64,000 bases of DNA from an uncultured Oscillospiraceae bacterium (GCA_934444765.1 CAKSDC010000006.1:12760-76759), one strand, 5' to 3'; positions 40,404-51,495 are shown, numbered from the stretch's first letter. Notes: generated from the sequence alone by a model not told the origin. Program-made: numbers and translations.

Positions 40404-42494
40404 CTATATCCTTTTAAACTGTCTTTCCAAGTCTTTCTTACTCATAATGAACATTACAGGTCTACCATGTGGACAGTGTCTAATCTTATCGTTGAATACC
40501 ACCTGTTCCGCCAAAGATAACAACTCTTCATTGGAAGTAATATCGTTAGACTTAATAGCCGACTTACACGCTAAAGAGTGTACTATATCATCTATTAAAG
40601 AAGTTTGAGGGTTCTTTTTATGACTTAGTATGTTATTAGCTATCTCCACTACAGAACTTTCTACGTCTTGTAGTTTTAGGATTTCTGGAACGGATAGCAC
40701 TTTAACATAAGGTCTTTCGGAAAATCCAAACTGAAAACCTAACGACATAGATAGTGCAGTATCACTTTCCAACGCACTACACTGAGCCTCTGTAAGTAGT
40801 ACGCCTATCGGGTCTAATAGTATCTGTCTATCGGTGTAAGTACTTTGAGACTTTAACTTTTCATAGATAATTCTTTCGTGTCCTGCGTGCTTATCTATTA
40901 TTATAATATCGTCGTTATACTCTACAATGATGTAGTTTTTAAAGGCTTCACCAATCAACCTTAGATTGCCTCTAAATACAGGCTTTTTAGGTTTACAGAC
41001 TACACCTATTCTATCTTTTTTAAGTACTTTAGGTTCTTGAGTAATAGTAGGAGTGATATTAGGTTCTGTAACTTTAGTATTATCACGTTCAACACTATCA
41101 TTAGGAATTGTAGAGTTAGTACTGATAGTGTTTACTATCTCTTCCACGAATAGTCTTTTTACAGGTTTACAGTCGTCAACTGATATTTCAGGTTTATAAG
41201 TAGACATAGTATCTTCTGTAGTGGTAGGTTCGATAGTATCAGTAGTAGTAGGTTTGACGGTATCTAAGTCTTCATTGAATATAAAGTCATCGGAACTATT
41301 TTCGATAGACTTAATATCTTCCTTTAAAGCAGAAGTATCGTCATCACCTTTGAATATATATGGATTTTTTTCTACACTACCGTTAATTACTTCTTCAGGT
41401 TGGGGCAAATCGATATTAGGTAGATTAGGTTCTACATAGGTTTCTAAAGGAGTAGTTTTTTGTGTTAGTTTGGAGTTTTTAGTCTTATTCAAATCGAAGT
41501 CATAGACCAAACCAGAGTTCATTAAAGCATTTTTTACTGCAAAGTATACCGAATTAAAGACTTCATTTTCGTTAGAAAATCTAACCTCTGCTTTGGTTGG
41601 GTGAATGTTCACGTCTACTCTTTCAGGAGGAACTTGTAACTTTAGTATGCAAGTTGGAAACTTATTGGTCATTATAGTATTACTATAAGCCTCTTCTAAA
41701 GCTGTAGATAACAACTCCGACTTAACCGACCTACCATTTACAAAGAATATCTGATACTGTCTATTGGACTTAGCATACAGAGGTTTAACAGTATATCCAT
41801 TTACTAATATATCCCCCTCTATATGTTCTACTGGAGTTAGGTCTTTAGCGAAAGTCTTGCCATATACAGAGTATACTGCCGAATACTGTTCACCGTCACC
41901 GAAAGTATTAAATTCAGTTCTGCCGTCACGAATGTAAGTAAATGCCACTTCTGGGTGGGATACTGCTAACCTTTTCATAATGTTGGATATAGCATTACCT
42001 TCTACCACGTCACGTTTCATAAACTTAGCCCTTACTGGAACGTTATAGAATAAGTCCCTTACTACTATAGTAGTGCCTTCTGGACAGCCCGTCTTTTCGT
42101 TTAAGGTTTCTTGACTGCCCTTAATCTTATAGTGAGTGCCATATAGTTCGTTACGAGTTTTAGTATACATTTCTATCTTAGATACCGCCGATACAGAAGC
42201 TAAAGCCTCACCACGAAAGCCTAAAGTCATAATTTTGTCTAAGTCTTTTTTAGTAGAAATTTTACTGGTAGCGTATCTTATAAACGCTTTAGGAACGTCC
42301 TCTTGAAGTATTCCGCTACCGTCATCAGTAATACGCATATATGAAGTTCCACCGTGTTTTATTTCCACGGTAATTCTTTTAGCGTTAGCATCTATAGAGT
42401 TTTCGACCAACTCTTTTATTACCGAAACTGGTCTTTCTACCACTTCGCCAGCCGATATTAACTCTGCAATCTGTTTAGGAAGTATGTTTATCAA
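40404..42494 (-). CDS. mutL: DNA mismatch repair protein MutL (endonuclease-type)
   Basis: GHKL ATPase N-terminus (IAAGEVVERP-like ISAGEVVERPVSVIKELVENSIDA) and the C-terminal endonuclease motif DKHAGHERIIYE. Confidence 0.95.
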   Translation of the reverse strand: MINILPKQIAELISAGEVVERPVSVIKELVENSIDANAKRITVEIKHGGTSYMRITDDGSGILQEDVPKAFIRYATSKISTKKDLDKIMTLGFRGEALASVSAVSKIEMYTKTRNELYGTHYKIKGSQETLNEKTGCPEGTTIVVRDLFYNVPVRAKFMKRDVVEGNAISNIMKRLAVSHPEVAFTYIRDGRTEFNTFGDGEQYSAVYSVYGKTFAKDLTPVEHIEGDILVNGYTVKPLYAKSNRQYQIFFVNGRSVKSELLSTALEEAYSNTIMTNKFPTCILKLQVPPERVDVNIHPTKAEVRFSNENEVFNSVYFAVKNALMNSGLVYDFDLNKTKNSKLTQKTTPLETYVEPNLPNIDLPQPEEVINGSVEKNPYIFKGDDDTSALKEDIKSIENSSDDFIFNEDLDTVKPTTTDTIEPTTTEDTMSTYKPEISVDDCKPVKRLFVEEIVNTISTNSTIPNDSVERDNTKVTEPNITPTITQEPKVLKKDRIGVVCKPKKPVFRGNLRLIGEAFKNYIIVEYNDDIIIIDKHAGHERIIYEKLKSQSTYTDRQILLDPIGVLLTEAQCSALESDTALSMSLGFQFGFSERPYVKVLSVPEILKLQDVESSVVEIANNILSHKKNPQTSLIDDIVHSLACKSAIKSNDITSNEELLSLAEQVVFNDKIRHCPHGRPVMFIMSKKDLERQFKRI

Positions 42495-42540
42495 AGTTTT
42501 TCCACTCCTTTCTGTAAGATACTACTTAAAAGATACGGAA

Positions 42541-45018
42541 TTAACTTTCCATATCCTTTAAGATATCCTTAGCCCTATCTATTACCACTTGAGGTAGTCC
42601 TGCTAACTTACCTACTTCTATACCATAACTATCGTCTGCACCACCACGGACTATCTTTCTTAAAAATTTGATAGTATCGCCTTGCTTCTGAACTGCTACA
42701 CTAAAGTTTTTAACTCCTTGTAGACTATCTTCTAAAGCTATGAGTTCATGATAGTGTGTTGCAAACAAAGTCTTACAGTGAATTTCTTTAGTAATATATT
42801 CCGAAACTGCTTGTGCTATGGATATTCCGTCAAAAGTAGAAGTACCTCTACCTACTTCGTCTAATACTATTAGACTATCCTTAGTAGCATACTTTAGTAT
42901 TTCAGCGACTTCACTCATTTCGACCATAAACGTTGACTGTCCAGCTGAAAGGTCATCGGATGCACCTACACGAGTGAATATTCTATCCACTACTGAAATG
43001 CTTGCAGACTTACAAGGTACAAAGCTACCTATTTGTGCCATAAGTGTGATTAACGCCGTCTGCCTCATGTAAGTGGACTTACCAGCCATATTAGGTCCAG
43101 TAATGATAGCCGTTCTACAGTCTTGACAGTCTATGTGTGTATCGTTAGGAACGAATACGTCGCTATCCATCATAAGCTCGACTACTGGGTGTCTACCGTC
43201 TTTGATATCTATTATACCGTCGTTAGTGATAGTAGGTCTAACGTATCCATTTTTCAAGGCTACATCTGTAAACGAACACAACATATCTAACACTGCTACG
43301 GCTGAAGAAGTCTCTTGAGACTTAGCTAAACTTTTAGCGACTTCATTTCTAACGTTAGTGAATAGTTCATACTCTAAGTTTAAGGCTCTGTCTTTAGCAG
43401 ATAGTATAGTATTTTCGGTAGTCTTTAGTTCTTCAGTTATGAACCTTTCCGCATTGGTTAGAGTTTGTTTTCTGACATACTCTTTAGGTACTAAGTTATA
43501 GTAAGATTTGGTGACTTCTATATAGTAGCCAAACACTCTGTTATAGCCTATCTTTAGATTTTTAATACCCGTTTTAGCCTTTTCGGAAAGTTCTATCTTT
43601 TCTATTATAGAGTGTCCATTGTGCATAACGTTTCTAAGTTCGTCAAGTTCTGGACTGAACCCAGCCTTTATGACGTTTTCGTCTTTAGCGGATACTGGAG
43701 GTTCATCTGTAATAGCACTCTCTATTAAGTTAGATACTTCATCTAAAGAAGATATATCACTTTGTAGTTGTGCTAACAGTGTAGAGTATGGAGCTACTCT
43801 GTTTAGCAACTCTTTTATTGTGGGCATCTGTAACGCCGATTGAGATAGTGCTTTTAAGTCTCTCGGATTAGCAGACTTATATACCACCTTACCCATTAGA
43901 CGTTCTATATCACTAACTTGAGATAGAATATCTTTTAACTCCATTAAGACTATAGAGTTTCTTTTTAATACTTCCACTGCGTCAAGTCTGTTATCTATAT
44001 CCTGTTTGTTAATTAAAGGACGTTCTATAGTAGACTTTAATAGTCTTCTTCCCATAGCAGTACTGGTTTTATCAAGAACCCATAATAAAGAACCTCTCTT
44101 TTCTTTATTTCTAATAGTTTCTATAAGTTCAAGATTTCTTCTTGCGGTATAGTCTAATTCCATATAGTCGTTATCGTTAATAGTCTTGATAGTAGTAAAT
44201 CTACCCATTAGCGACTTTTGAGTTTCTGCTATGTAGTCGAACATACCACATATAGCGTACTCTTTTAGAGTAGGATATTTAAAGTTTACATTAGTAACCT
44301 CTTGACTAAATTGAGATACTACTTGCATATACTTTTTAGAAGGTTCAAAGCAAGCAGATACTCTAAAAGTTAGTATCGCATTAGTTTTAATCTTTATATA
44401 GTCGACTACAGACTTCATCTTTAAAAACTCATTAGTGCATACTATTTCTGCTGGGTTATACTGCGATAGTAAGTTTATAATGCTATCCTGATAGTCTTTC
44501 CCGAACTTTTCGGATACTAACACTTCACCTGTAGAGATATCGGAAAAACATATACCACACCTTTTACTATCTATATCCACATAAGCTGAACATAAGTAGT
44601 TATTAGAACTTTCGTCTAACATAGTAGTTTCAGTAATAGTACCAGGGGTGACTATCTTTATAATGTCACGTTCCACCAAACCTTTAGACAGTGCAGGGTC
44701 GGTAAGTTGTTCACAAACGGCTACTTTATAGCCTAACTCTACTAATCTTTTAATATATATATCACTACTATGATGTGGCACACCACACATAGGCGCTCTT
44801 TCACCAAGACCGCAGTCTTTACCAGTTAGAGTAAGTTCTAACGCTTTAGAAACCTCTAAAGCGTCAGAGAAAAACATTTCGTAGAAGTCGCCTACTCTAA
44901 AGAACACAATATGTTCAGGATACTGTTCTTTAATGGTAATATACTGTCTCATCATAGGAGATATCTTTTTATTATTCTTAAGTTCTGTTAAGTTGTATTC
45001 CATAGTATAGTAACTCAC
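42541..45018 (-). CDS. mutS: DNA mismatch repair protein MutS
   Basis: TPMMRQY, FYEMFF, Walker A GPNMAGKST, DEVGRGTSTFDG. Confidence 0.97.
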   Translation of the reverse strand: MSYYTMEYNLTELKNNKKISPMMRQYITIKEQYPEHIVFFRVGDFYEMFFSDALEVSKALELTLTGKDCGLGERAPMCGVPHHSSDIYIKRLVELGYKVAVCEQLTDPALSKGLVERDIIKIVTPGTITETTMLDESSNNYLCSAYVDIDSKRCGICFSDISTGEVLVSEKFGKDYQDSIINLLSQYNPAEIVCTNEFLKMKSVVDYIKIKTNAILTFRVSACFEPSKKYMQVVSQFSQEVTNVNFKYPTLKEYAICGMFDYIAETQKSLMGRFTTIKTINDNDYMELDYTARRNLELIETIRNKEKRGSLLWVLDKTSTAMGRRLLKSTIERPLINKQDIDNRLDAVEVLKRNSIVLMELKDILSQVSDIERLMGKVVYKSANPRDLKALSQSALQMPTIKELLNRVAPYSTLLAQLQSDISSLDEVSNLIESAITDEPPVSAKDENVIKAGFSPELDELRNVMHNGHSIIEKIELSEKAKTGIKNLKIGYNRVFGYYIEVTKSYYNLVPKEYVRKQTLTNAERFITEELKTTENTILSAKDRALNLEYELFTNVRNEVAKSLAKSQETSSAVAVLDMLCSFTDVALKNGYVRPTITNDGIIDIKDGRHPVVELMMDSDVFVPNDTHIDCQDCRTAIITGPNMAGKSTYMRQTALITLMAQIGSFVPCKSASISVVDRIFTRVGASDDLSAGQSTFMVEMSEVAEILKYATKDSLIVLDEVGRGTSTFDGISIAQAVSEYITKEIHCKTLFATHYHELIALEDSLQGVKNFSVAVQKQGDTIKFLRKIVRGGADDSYGIEVGKLAGLPQVVIDRAKDILKDMES

Positions 45019-45027
45019 CTATCAATA

Positions 45028-45432
45028 TTAGTGACAACCGCCACAAGTAGAACAGCTACCTGTACAAGACTGTGTACTACAAGTTTCTGGGTCATCACCA
45101 TTAGCACTTGCCGTAAGTATAGTAGTAACTGCGTTCATCATAGCGTTCATAAGATTTTGAGCCTCATTAAAAGCTATCATATTTTCGTTAGCCATAACTT
45201 TAGAATAGGTATCTTTAATCTTTTGGTCTAAGTCGGTTAGCTTTTCGCCGTCCTTGTCGTCTTTAGACATTTCGGTATTTAGTTGTACTCTGTACATATT
45301 AAAATCTTGAATTAACGCTTGAAGTGTTTCGTCAGCGTCTGCCTTTTCCTTGCAGATATTATAGTTAATATATCTGTCGTCTTCTTGAATTAGTTTGCCT
45401 AAGTCTCTTGCCATTCTTTCAATCTTATCCAT
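45028..45432 (-). CDS. YlbF/YmcA-family regulator-like protein with a Cys-rich C-terminal tail
   Basis: Helical 134-aa protein ending CSTQSCTGSCSTCGGCH, positioned next to mutS. Confidence 0.55.
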   Translation of the reverse strand: MDKIERMARDLGKLIQEDDRYINYNICKEKADADETLQALIQDFNMYRVQLNTEMSKDDKDGEKLTDLDQKIKDTYSKVMANENMIAFNEAQNLMNAMMNAVTTILTASANGDDPETCSTQSCTGSCSTCGGCH

Positions 45433-45486
45433 GATAAAAACTCCTTTACGATAGTATTAATTATAAGTTTACAGACGTAATCCAAA

Positions 45487-45966
45487 CTAATGGATACACA
45501 GTCTATTTTCTATACTTAGTATTAGCTTTTGTAACTGTGGAGCGACTATTCCACATAGTACTTTTTGTAGTCTGTTATACTCCACACTGTTAGATATTAA
45601 ACTTCCGTTGTACCTGTAGCCTTTTCCGTTATCGAAAATAGTAACGTAGCTACTTAAAGAGTTATACTCGGTACAAGATAGTTCAGGATTATTAAAATAG
45701 TCTACTTTGCATACACTATCCACCAGTAGTTCCATATCTTTAGTAGATATAGTGTATATCAAGTTAGCTTTTTGAAGTGTTTCCCAATAGTACTTTTCGG
45801 AAACGCTCTTTATTCTGTCGGATACTATTAATCTTATAATGCAAGTACCGTCTTTAAAGATGTTAAGTAGATAACCACAGATGTCCTTATGTATAGTATT
45901 TATACTATTACTTTTGTATTCCAAAAGAAAGTCGGTAACTTTAAAACGTACCATATACACACCCAC
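45487..45966 (-). CDS. hypothetical cytoplasmic protein
   Basis: ORF only. Host-like codon usage and tight packing after miaB. I recognise no motif. The start may be ATG near 45954. Confidence 0.4.
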   Translation of the reverse strand: MGVYMVRFKVTDFLLEYKSNSINTIHKDICGYLLNIFKDGTCIIRLIVSDRIKSVSEKYYWETLQKANLIYTISTKDMELLVDSVCKVDYFNNPELSCTEYNSLSSYVTIFDNGKGYRYNGSLISNSVEYNRLQKVLCGIVAPQLQKLILSIENRLCIH

Positions 45967-45968
45967 TG

Positions 45969-47333
45969 CTATACTAACTCGCCGAATACCGACCAGTTTC
46001 TCGATTGAGTAACTTTAACTTCCACAAAAGTTCCTATTAAAGACTTATCACCTTTAAATTCAACTATGATGTATTCGCTACTCTTACCAGTTAATAGACC
46101 TTCCGTCTTACCTTCACCGCTTACTAACACCCTAAGGGTACGACCGATAAATCTTTTATAGTTGCGGTCGGTAATCTCTCTTTGGACTGCTAATAGTTCT
46201 CTCATACGAAGTCCTTTAACACTTTCGGGAGTATGGTCTTCTATTAAAGAAGCCTTAGTACCGCTACGTTTAGAATAGATAAACGAGTATATGTTATCAT
46301 ACTCTACCCTTTTAATTAAGTCCAAAGTATCTTTAAAGTCTTGGTCTGTTTCGTTAGGAAAACCGAGTAGAATATCGGTAGTAAACGAAAAGTCGCTACA
46401 CTTAGAACGTGCATAGTCTATCGTTTCAAGATACTTTTCTACAGTATAACGACGGTTCATCTGCTTTAGTACTGAATTACTACCACTTTGTACTGGTAGG
46501 TGAAGATGTTTTCCCACCTTAGGACATTCAAATATAGTATCTATCAATTCTTTGGTAGCGTCTTTAGGGTGAGATGACATAAATCTAACTATAAAGTCAC
46601 CGTCTAAAGCGTCTATCTTTCTAAGCAGTTCGGGGAAAGATACACCGTCTGATAGGTCGTTACCATAAGAGTTTACATTTTGACCTAATAGCATAATCTC
46701 TTTATAGCCACTATCCACTAAAGTTTTCACCTCAGATAGAATAGCGTCAGCACTTCTGGAACGTTCTCTACCCCTAACGTAAGGCACTATACAGTAGGTA
46801 CAAAAGTTATTACAACCGTACATTATAGGTACTGAGGCGAATACTTGACTATCTCTTACTTGGGCAATATTTTCTGTAATCTTATTGCCATAGTCTGTAA
46901 TGTCGAATGCGTGCTTTTGACCTTTTAATATCTTATATACTAACTGTGGCAACTTATCCATAGCAGTAGTGCCGAATATCAAGTCTACATATGGATAGTT
47001 TTGTTTAACCTTATCGCATACGTGTTGTTGTTGAGCCATACAACCACTTAAACCTATAATCAAATTAGGATTTATACGCTTATACTTTTTAATAGCACCT
47101 ATGTTACCATATACACGGTCTTCGGCATTCTCTCTAACGGCACAAGTATTGAATATTATAACGTCGGCATCTTCTACCGAATTAGTTAGACCGTAACCCA
47201 TTTGAGCTAATAGTCCCTTTATCTTTTCGCCGTCGGAAAAGTTCAGCTGACAACCAAAACTATGAACGTATGCCATATACTGTCTATCTTTAGAAGTTAT
47301 TATTTCTTTAACCTTTAGAATATACTCTTGCAT
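45969..47333 (-). CDS. miaB: tRNA-2-methylthio-N6-dimethylallyladenosine synthase
   Basis: UPF0004 N-domain Cys residues, radical SAM CNNFCTYCIVP, C-terminal TRAM domain. Confidence 0.95.
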   Translation of the reverse strand: MQEYILKVKEIITSKDRQYMAYVHSFGCQLNFSDGEKIKGLLAQMGYGLTNSVEDADVIIFNTCAVRENAEDRVYGNIGAIKKYKRINPNLIIGLSGCMAQQQHVCDKVKQNYPYVDLIFGTTAMDKLPQLVYKILKGQKHAFDITDYGNKITENIAQVRDSQVFASVPIMYGCNNFCTYCIVPYVRGRERSRSADAILSEVKTLVDSGYKEIMLLGQNVNSYGNDLSDGVSFPELLRKIDALDGDFIVRFMSSHPKDATKELIDTIFECPKVGKHLHLPVQSGSNSVLKQMNRRYTVEKYLETIDYARSKCSDFSFTTDILLGFPNETDQDFKDTLDLIKRVEYDNIYSFIYSKRSGTKASLIEDHTPESVKGLRMRELLAVQREITDRNYKRFIGRTLRVLVSGEGKTEGLLTGKSSEYIIVEFKGDKSLIGTFVEVKVTQSRNWSVFGELV

Positions 47334-47433
47334 GAATATTGTAATCCTTTCAAATAATCGATACGTATTTTATTATAACATATTCGCTTAACTTTTACAA
47401 CTTTTTTTTAGTCTACTATTAAAGAATTTTTTG

Positions 47434-47471
47434 TTGACTTTTAGTCTAATATATACTAAAATTAGTATATA
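47434..47471 (+). promoter_or_regulatory. sigma-A promoter overlapped by a 22-bp near-perfect palindrome (operator candidate)
   Basis: TTGACT (47434-47439), 17 nt, TAAAAT (47457-47462). The palindrome TATATACTAA-AA-TTAGTATATA spans 47450-47471, with 10 of 11 symmetric pairs. Confidence 0.55.
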
Positions 47472-47491
47472 CATACGAAAGGATTTTTTAT

Positions 47492-48049
47492 ATGAAAAAG
47501 ATACTATCTTTAACTACTACTATAGTACTACTGCTTGGACTTACTGCTTGTAACGACGTTGAAAGTTCGGAATATAATCAAACCGTGGCAGACGCTACTC
47601 GTAGTATGCTTACGGACTACTATCAGGGTATGAGAACCGCTGACTTTGACTTAACCTTTTCAAACTTCCCTCAATTCTACCGTGACACCATAGCGGACGA
47701 ACTTGAATATTATGACGGTACTGAAGATGAATATATATCCGAAAATAACGCCTCTTGGTATGAAGAAAACTATGGTGAAGACGCTACTATTTCAATAGAA
47801 GTCACCAATACTGAACTTATGAAAAGTTCGGTAACTAAAAAGTATAACAAACTATTAGCATCACTCTATCAAGTCAACGGTACTACTATAGATACTGTAT
47901 ATACCGTAGACGTAGATAAGACTATCTCAGGTTCTACCGCTACAGATACCATTCAGGAAGAATGGACTATATTAGAGATAGACAGTCAATACTACCTATA
48001 CGATACCTACTTTGAAGATATAGCTAATGCTAACACTTCTCAACAGTAA
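47492..48049 (+). CDS. hypothetical lipoprotein
   Basis: Lipobox LLGLTAC; acidic mature part of about 165 aa; no recognised domain. Confidence 0.5.
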   Translation: MKKILSLTTTIVLLLGLTACNDVESSEYNQTVADATRSMLTDYYQGMRTADFDLTFSNFPQFYRDTIADELEYYDGTEDEYISENNASWYEENYGEDATISIEVTNTELMKSSVTKKYNKLLASLYQVNGTTIDTVYTVDVDKTISGSTATDTIQEEWTILEIDSQYYLYDTYFEDIANANTSQQ

Positions 48050-48135
48050 CTACCATACTTGACAAACTATTAAAAATGTTCTATACTATTAAATTGATTG
48101 ATACCAATACTTTACTATGTTAGGAGGGCATCGCT

Positions 48136-48540
48136 TTGGAAAATAAAGGCTACAAAACTAAACAACGTGAAATTATCCTTAAATTTTTACAGGAAAACTC
48201 TAATACACACATCAACGCCGATGAACTCTCAGAACACCTAAAAGCTAACGGAAACCCAGTAGGTAAGTCTACAATATACCGCTATCTTGACAGACTATGT
48301 TCCGAAAACATAGTTAGAAAGTTTATATCCCCAGACGGAAAAAGTTCTTGTTATCAACTAATACAGAATAACGCTTGCCACTATCACTATCACTTTAAGT
48401 GTCTATCTTGCGGAAGACTATTCCACATACAGTGTGAAGAGTTAAGCAACGTTTCGGAACACATACTAAAAGAACATCACTTCAAAATAGACCTATCACA
48501 AACTATAATATATGGCTACTGTGAACAGTGCGACAAATAA
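48136..48540 (+). CDS. Fur-family metalloregulator (Fur/Zur/PerR not resolved)
   Basis: Winged helix (TKQREIILKFL...STIYRYLDRL), two CxxC pairs (CLSCG, CEQC) and a His-rich HYHYH. TTG start; own TTGACA-17-TATACT promoter at about 48059-48087. Confidence 0.85.
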   Translation: MENKGYKTKQREIILKFLQENSNTHINADELSEHLKANGNPVGKSTIYRYLDRLCSENIVRKFISPDGKSSCYQLIQNNACHYHYHFKCLSCGRLFHIQCEELSNVSEHILKEHHFKIDLSQTIIYGYCEQCDK

Positions 48541-48542
48541 AA

Positions 48543-48573
48543 AGGAACGTTATCTTTTAACGTTCCTTTTTTA
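48543..48573 (+). terminator. intrinsic terminator after the Fur-family gene
   Basis: AGGAACGTT/AACGTTCCT hairpin plus TTTTTT. Confidence 0.75.
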
Positions 48574-48664
48574 TGAAGATACTTCTAAAAGCCGTCTTAA
48601 TCCATGTATAGAACCAATCTTGAGTAATTCCACCATGAATAGACGTAGCTTCCCATTAATAGTA

Positions 48665-48708
48665 CAAAAAAAGAGTGCCATAACATACAACGCTTGTTAG
48701 ACACTCTT
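48665..48708 (-). terminator. intrinsic terminator after ilvD
   Basis: AAGAGTG/CACTCTT stem (long loop) followed on the minus strand by T7. Confidence 0.5.
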
Positions 48709-48780
48709 AATATACGATTACTATATCAAAGAATATTTAGAAAGTCAATAGTAGTTACTTCCATATTCAATACGTTTTAA

Positions 48781-50439
48781 CTACTTATTAACTATAGCAC
48801 CTGTAGAACCACTCGATACTAATTGAGCGTATCTCTTTAGATATCCGCTTAGTTCTTTAGTCTTAGGTACAAAGTGTTTCATACGTTCTTCAATCTCTTC
48901 TTGAGGAACTTCAAGAGTAATAGTATTAGCTGGAATATCTATGCTAATAACATCGCCGTCTTGAACTATTCCTATAGGACCACCACTGGCAGCCTCTGGG
49001 GAAACGTGTCCAATACAAGCACCACGAGTAGCACCACTAAAACGACCGTCTGTGATTAAGGCTACAGAGCTACCTAATCCCATACCCATGATAGCGGAAG
49101 TAGGATTTAGCATCTCTCTCATACCTGGGCCACCCTTAGGACCTTCATAACGAATTACTACTACGTTACCTGCCTTAATTTCGCCACTATTGATAGCCTT
49201 TTGAGCGTCTTCTTCGCAATCGTAAACCTTAGCAGTACCTTTAAATACTAACATTTCTGGAGCTACTGCGGAACGTTTAACTACGCATCTATCAGGTGCA
49301 AGATTACCCTTTAATACTGCTATACCACCAGTCTGACTATAAGGATTTTCTATAGGTCTAATAACGTCTGGATTAGTATTTACACAACCCTTAATGTTTT
49401 CGCCTACAGTTTTGCCTGTGCAAGTCATAACGTCTAAGTGTAGAAGGTCTTTCTTAGATAGTTCGTTCATAACTGCGTATACACCGCCAGCTTCGTTTAG
49501 TTCTTCCATGTAGGTTCTGCCTGCTGGGGCTAAGTGACATAGGTTTGGAGTTTTAGCACTAATTTCATTAGCGATATCAAGGTTGATATCTATATCACAC
49601 TCATGAGCGATAGCTGGTAAGTGTAACATACTATTAGTGGAACAGCCAAGAGCCATATCTACAGTAAGAGCGTTCATAAAAGCATCGTGAGTCATAATGT
49701 CACGTGGGCGGATATCTTTTCTTAAAAGTTCCATAACTTGCATACCTGCGTGCTTAGCTAATTCTATTCTTTCGGAATATACTGCTGGAATAGTACCGTT
49801 ACCCTTTAGTCCCATACCAAGAACTTCGGTTAAACAGTTCATAGAGTTTGCAGTATACATACCAGAACATGAACCACAAGTTGGACAGGTTTTGCGTTCA
49901 TACTCTTCTAACTTTTCAATGGAAATCTTGCCAGCGTTATATTGACCAACCATTTCAAACATAGTGGATAGACTGGTATTTTTGCCGTCGACGTGACCTG
50001 CTAACATAGGACCACCACTAACGAATATAGTAGGAACGTTTAATCTTGCAGCAGCCATTAATAGACCTGGAACGTTTTTGTCACAGTTAGGTATCATAAC
50101 TAAAGCGTCAAAGCCGTGAGCAAGGGTCATAGCTTCGGTACTGTCGGCGATTAAGTCACGAGTTACTAAAGAATACTTCATACCCTTATGACCCATAGCT
50201 ATACCGTCGCATACGGCAATAGCAGGGAATACTCTTGGAGTACCACCAGCCATAGCCACGCCAAGTTTAACAGCCTCTACTATTTTGTCTATATTCATAT
50301 GACCAGGTACTATTTCGTTATAAGAACTTACTATACCTACAATAGGTCTGTCAATCTCCTCATTAGTCATACCAAGGGCATGATATAAAGACCTATGTGC
50401 GGCATTATCAGCACCAAATTTTAGATTATCGCTAACCAT
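48781..50439 (-). CDS. ilvD: dihydroxy-acid dehydratase
   Basis: 552 aa: [22 protein letters not shown]. Confidence 0.97.
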   Translation of the reverse strand: MVSDNLKFGADNAAHRSLYHALGMTNEEIDRPIVGIVSSYNEIVPGHMNIDKIVEAVKLGVAMAGGTPRVFPAIAVCDGIAMGHKGMKYSLVTRDLIADSTEAMTLAHGFDALVMIPNCDKNVPGLLMAAARLNVPTIFVSGGPMLAGHVDGKNTSLSTMFEMVGQYNAGKISIEKLEEYERKTCPTCGSCSGMYTANSMNCLTEVLGMGLKGNGTIPAVYSERIELAKHAGMQVMELLRKDIRPRDIMTHDAFMNALTVDMALGCSTNSMLHLPAIAHECDIDINLDIANEISAKTPNLCHLAPAGRTYMEELNEAGGVYAVMNELSKKDLLHLDVMTCTGKTVGENIKGCVNTNPDVIRPIENPYSQTGGIAVLKGNLAPDRCVVKRSAVAPEMLVFKGTAKVYDCEEDAQKAINSGEIKAGNVVVIRYEGPKGGPGMREMLNPTSAIMGMGLGSSVALITDGRFSGATRGACIGHVSPEAASGGPIGIVQDGDVISIDIPANTITLEVPQEEIEERMKHFVPKTKELSGYLKRYAQLVSSGSTGAIVNK

Positions 50440-50535
50440 TTAAAACATATCCTTTCTATAAATAAGGTTAATCAAACGCCCATATTAATATATGAGCGTT
50501 ATGATATATTAATTTAACTATATAGTATACTATTA

Positions 50536-51495
50536 TTAAGCGTTCGCTCTACCTAAGAATGCAGCACCTATAATACCTGCATCGTTACCAAGTTTAGCTA
50601 TTACTATTTCGGTATTTTTAGGAGAGTTTCTGGTATATACTTCTTTAGCTACTAATTCTCTAACTGGTAGTAGTAAAGCGTCACCTTCGTTACATACACC
50701 GCCACCGATACATAGTATTTCTGGTTGGAAGGTGTTAATAACGTTAGTTAAACCAGCAGATAGATACTTAACAAACTTATCTACTACCTTAGTAGCGGAC
50801 TTATCGCCCATACGCATAGCGTCATAAGATATTCTTGCAGATACCTTATTGTTTCTTTCTGCCACTAACTTCCACATAGCACTGTCTTTGTCTAATTCCA
50901 TAGCCTCTTTAGTCATTCTAATTAGACCAGTAGCGGAAGCATACGCTTCAAAACAACCTTTTCTACCACAAGAACACTGTACGCCGTCCACTTCTATTAC
51001 TGTGTGACCAAGTTCAGCACCTGCGAAGTTAAAACCTGTTAATATCTTACCGTCGGTTACTACGCCACCGCCTACACCAGTACCTAAAGTGATACATACT
51101 AAGCTATTATGACCCTTACCAGCACCTGCAACGTATTCACCATATGCAGCTGCGTTAGCGTCATTTTCGATATATACTGGCTTGTTAATATGTTCTTGAA
51201 TGTACTTAACCATAGGAACGTCTTTAAACTCTAAGTTGTTAGAATATTCTATAATACCAGTCTTAGAGTTTGCTATACCAGGAGTACCAATGCCTATCCA
51301 TTCTACTTGGTCCATAGAGATTTTAGCGTCTTTAACTGCTTGAATAGCTACTTTAGCCATATCGTCTGCGATTTCCTTAGCTGGTCTTGGACGATTAGTC
51401 TTTACGCTTGCTTTAGTTATAATATTGTAATCTTCGTCTACTACACCAGCAACTATGTTAGTTCCGCCTAAGTCTATTCCTACATAATACTTCAT
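50536..51495 (-). CDS. ROK-family glucokinase
   Basis: GIDLGGTN, ENDANAAAYGE, CSCGRKGCFEAYAS zinc motif. Confidence 0.85.
   Translation of the reverse strand: MKYYVGIDLGGTNIVAGVVDEDYNIITKASVKTNRPRPAKEIADDMAKVAIQAVKDAKISMDQVEWIGIGTPGIANSKTGIIEYSNNLEFKDVPMVKYIQEHINKPVYIENDANAAAYGEYVAGAGKGHNSLVCITLGTGVGGGVVTDGKILTGFNFAGAELGHTVIEVDGVQCSCGRKGCFEAYASATGLIRMTKEAMELDKDSAMWKLVAERNNKVSARISYDAMRMGDKSATKVVDKFVKYLSAGLTNVINTFQPEILCIGGGVCNEGDALLLPVRELVAKEVYTRNSPKNTEIVIAKLGNDAGIIGAAFLGRANA

Noticed and set aside
48512-48700. 62-aa plus-strand ORF after the Fur-family gene
   Set aside because: It overlaps the Fur stop and runs through two terminator hairpins, and it has no SD. It is most likely non-coding.
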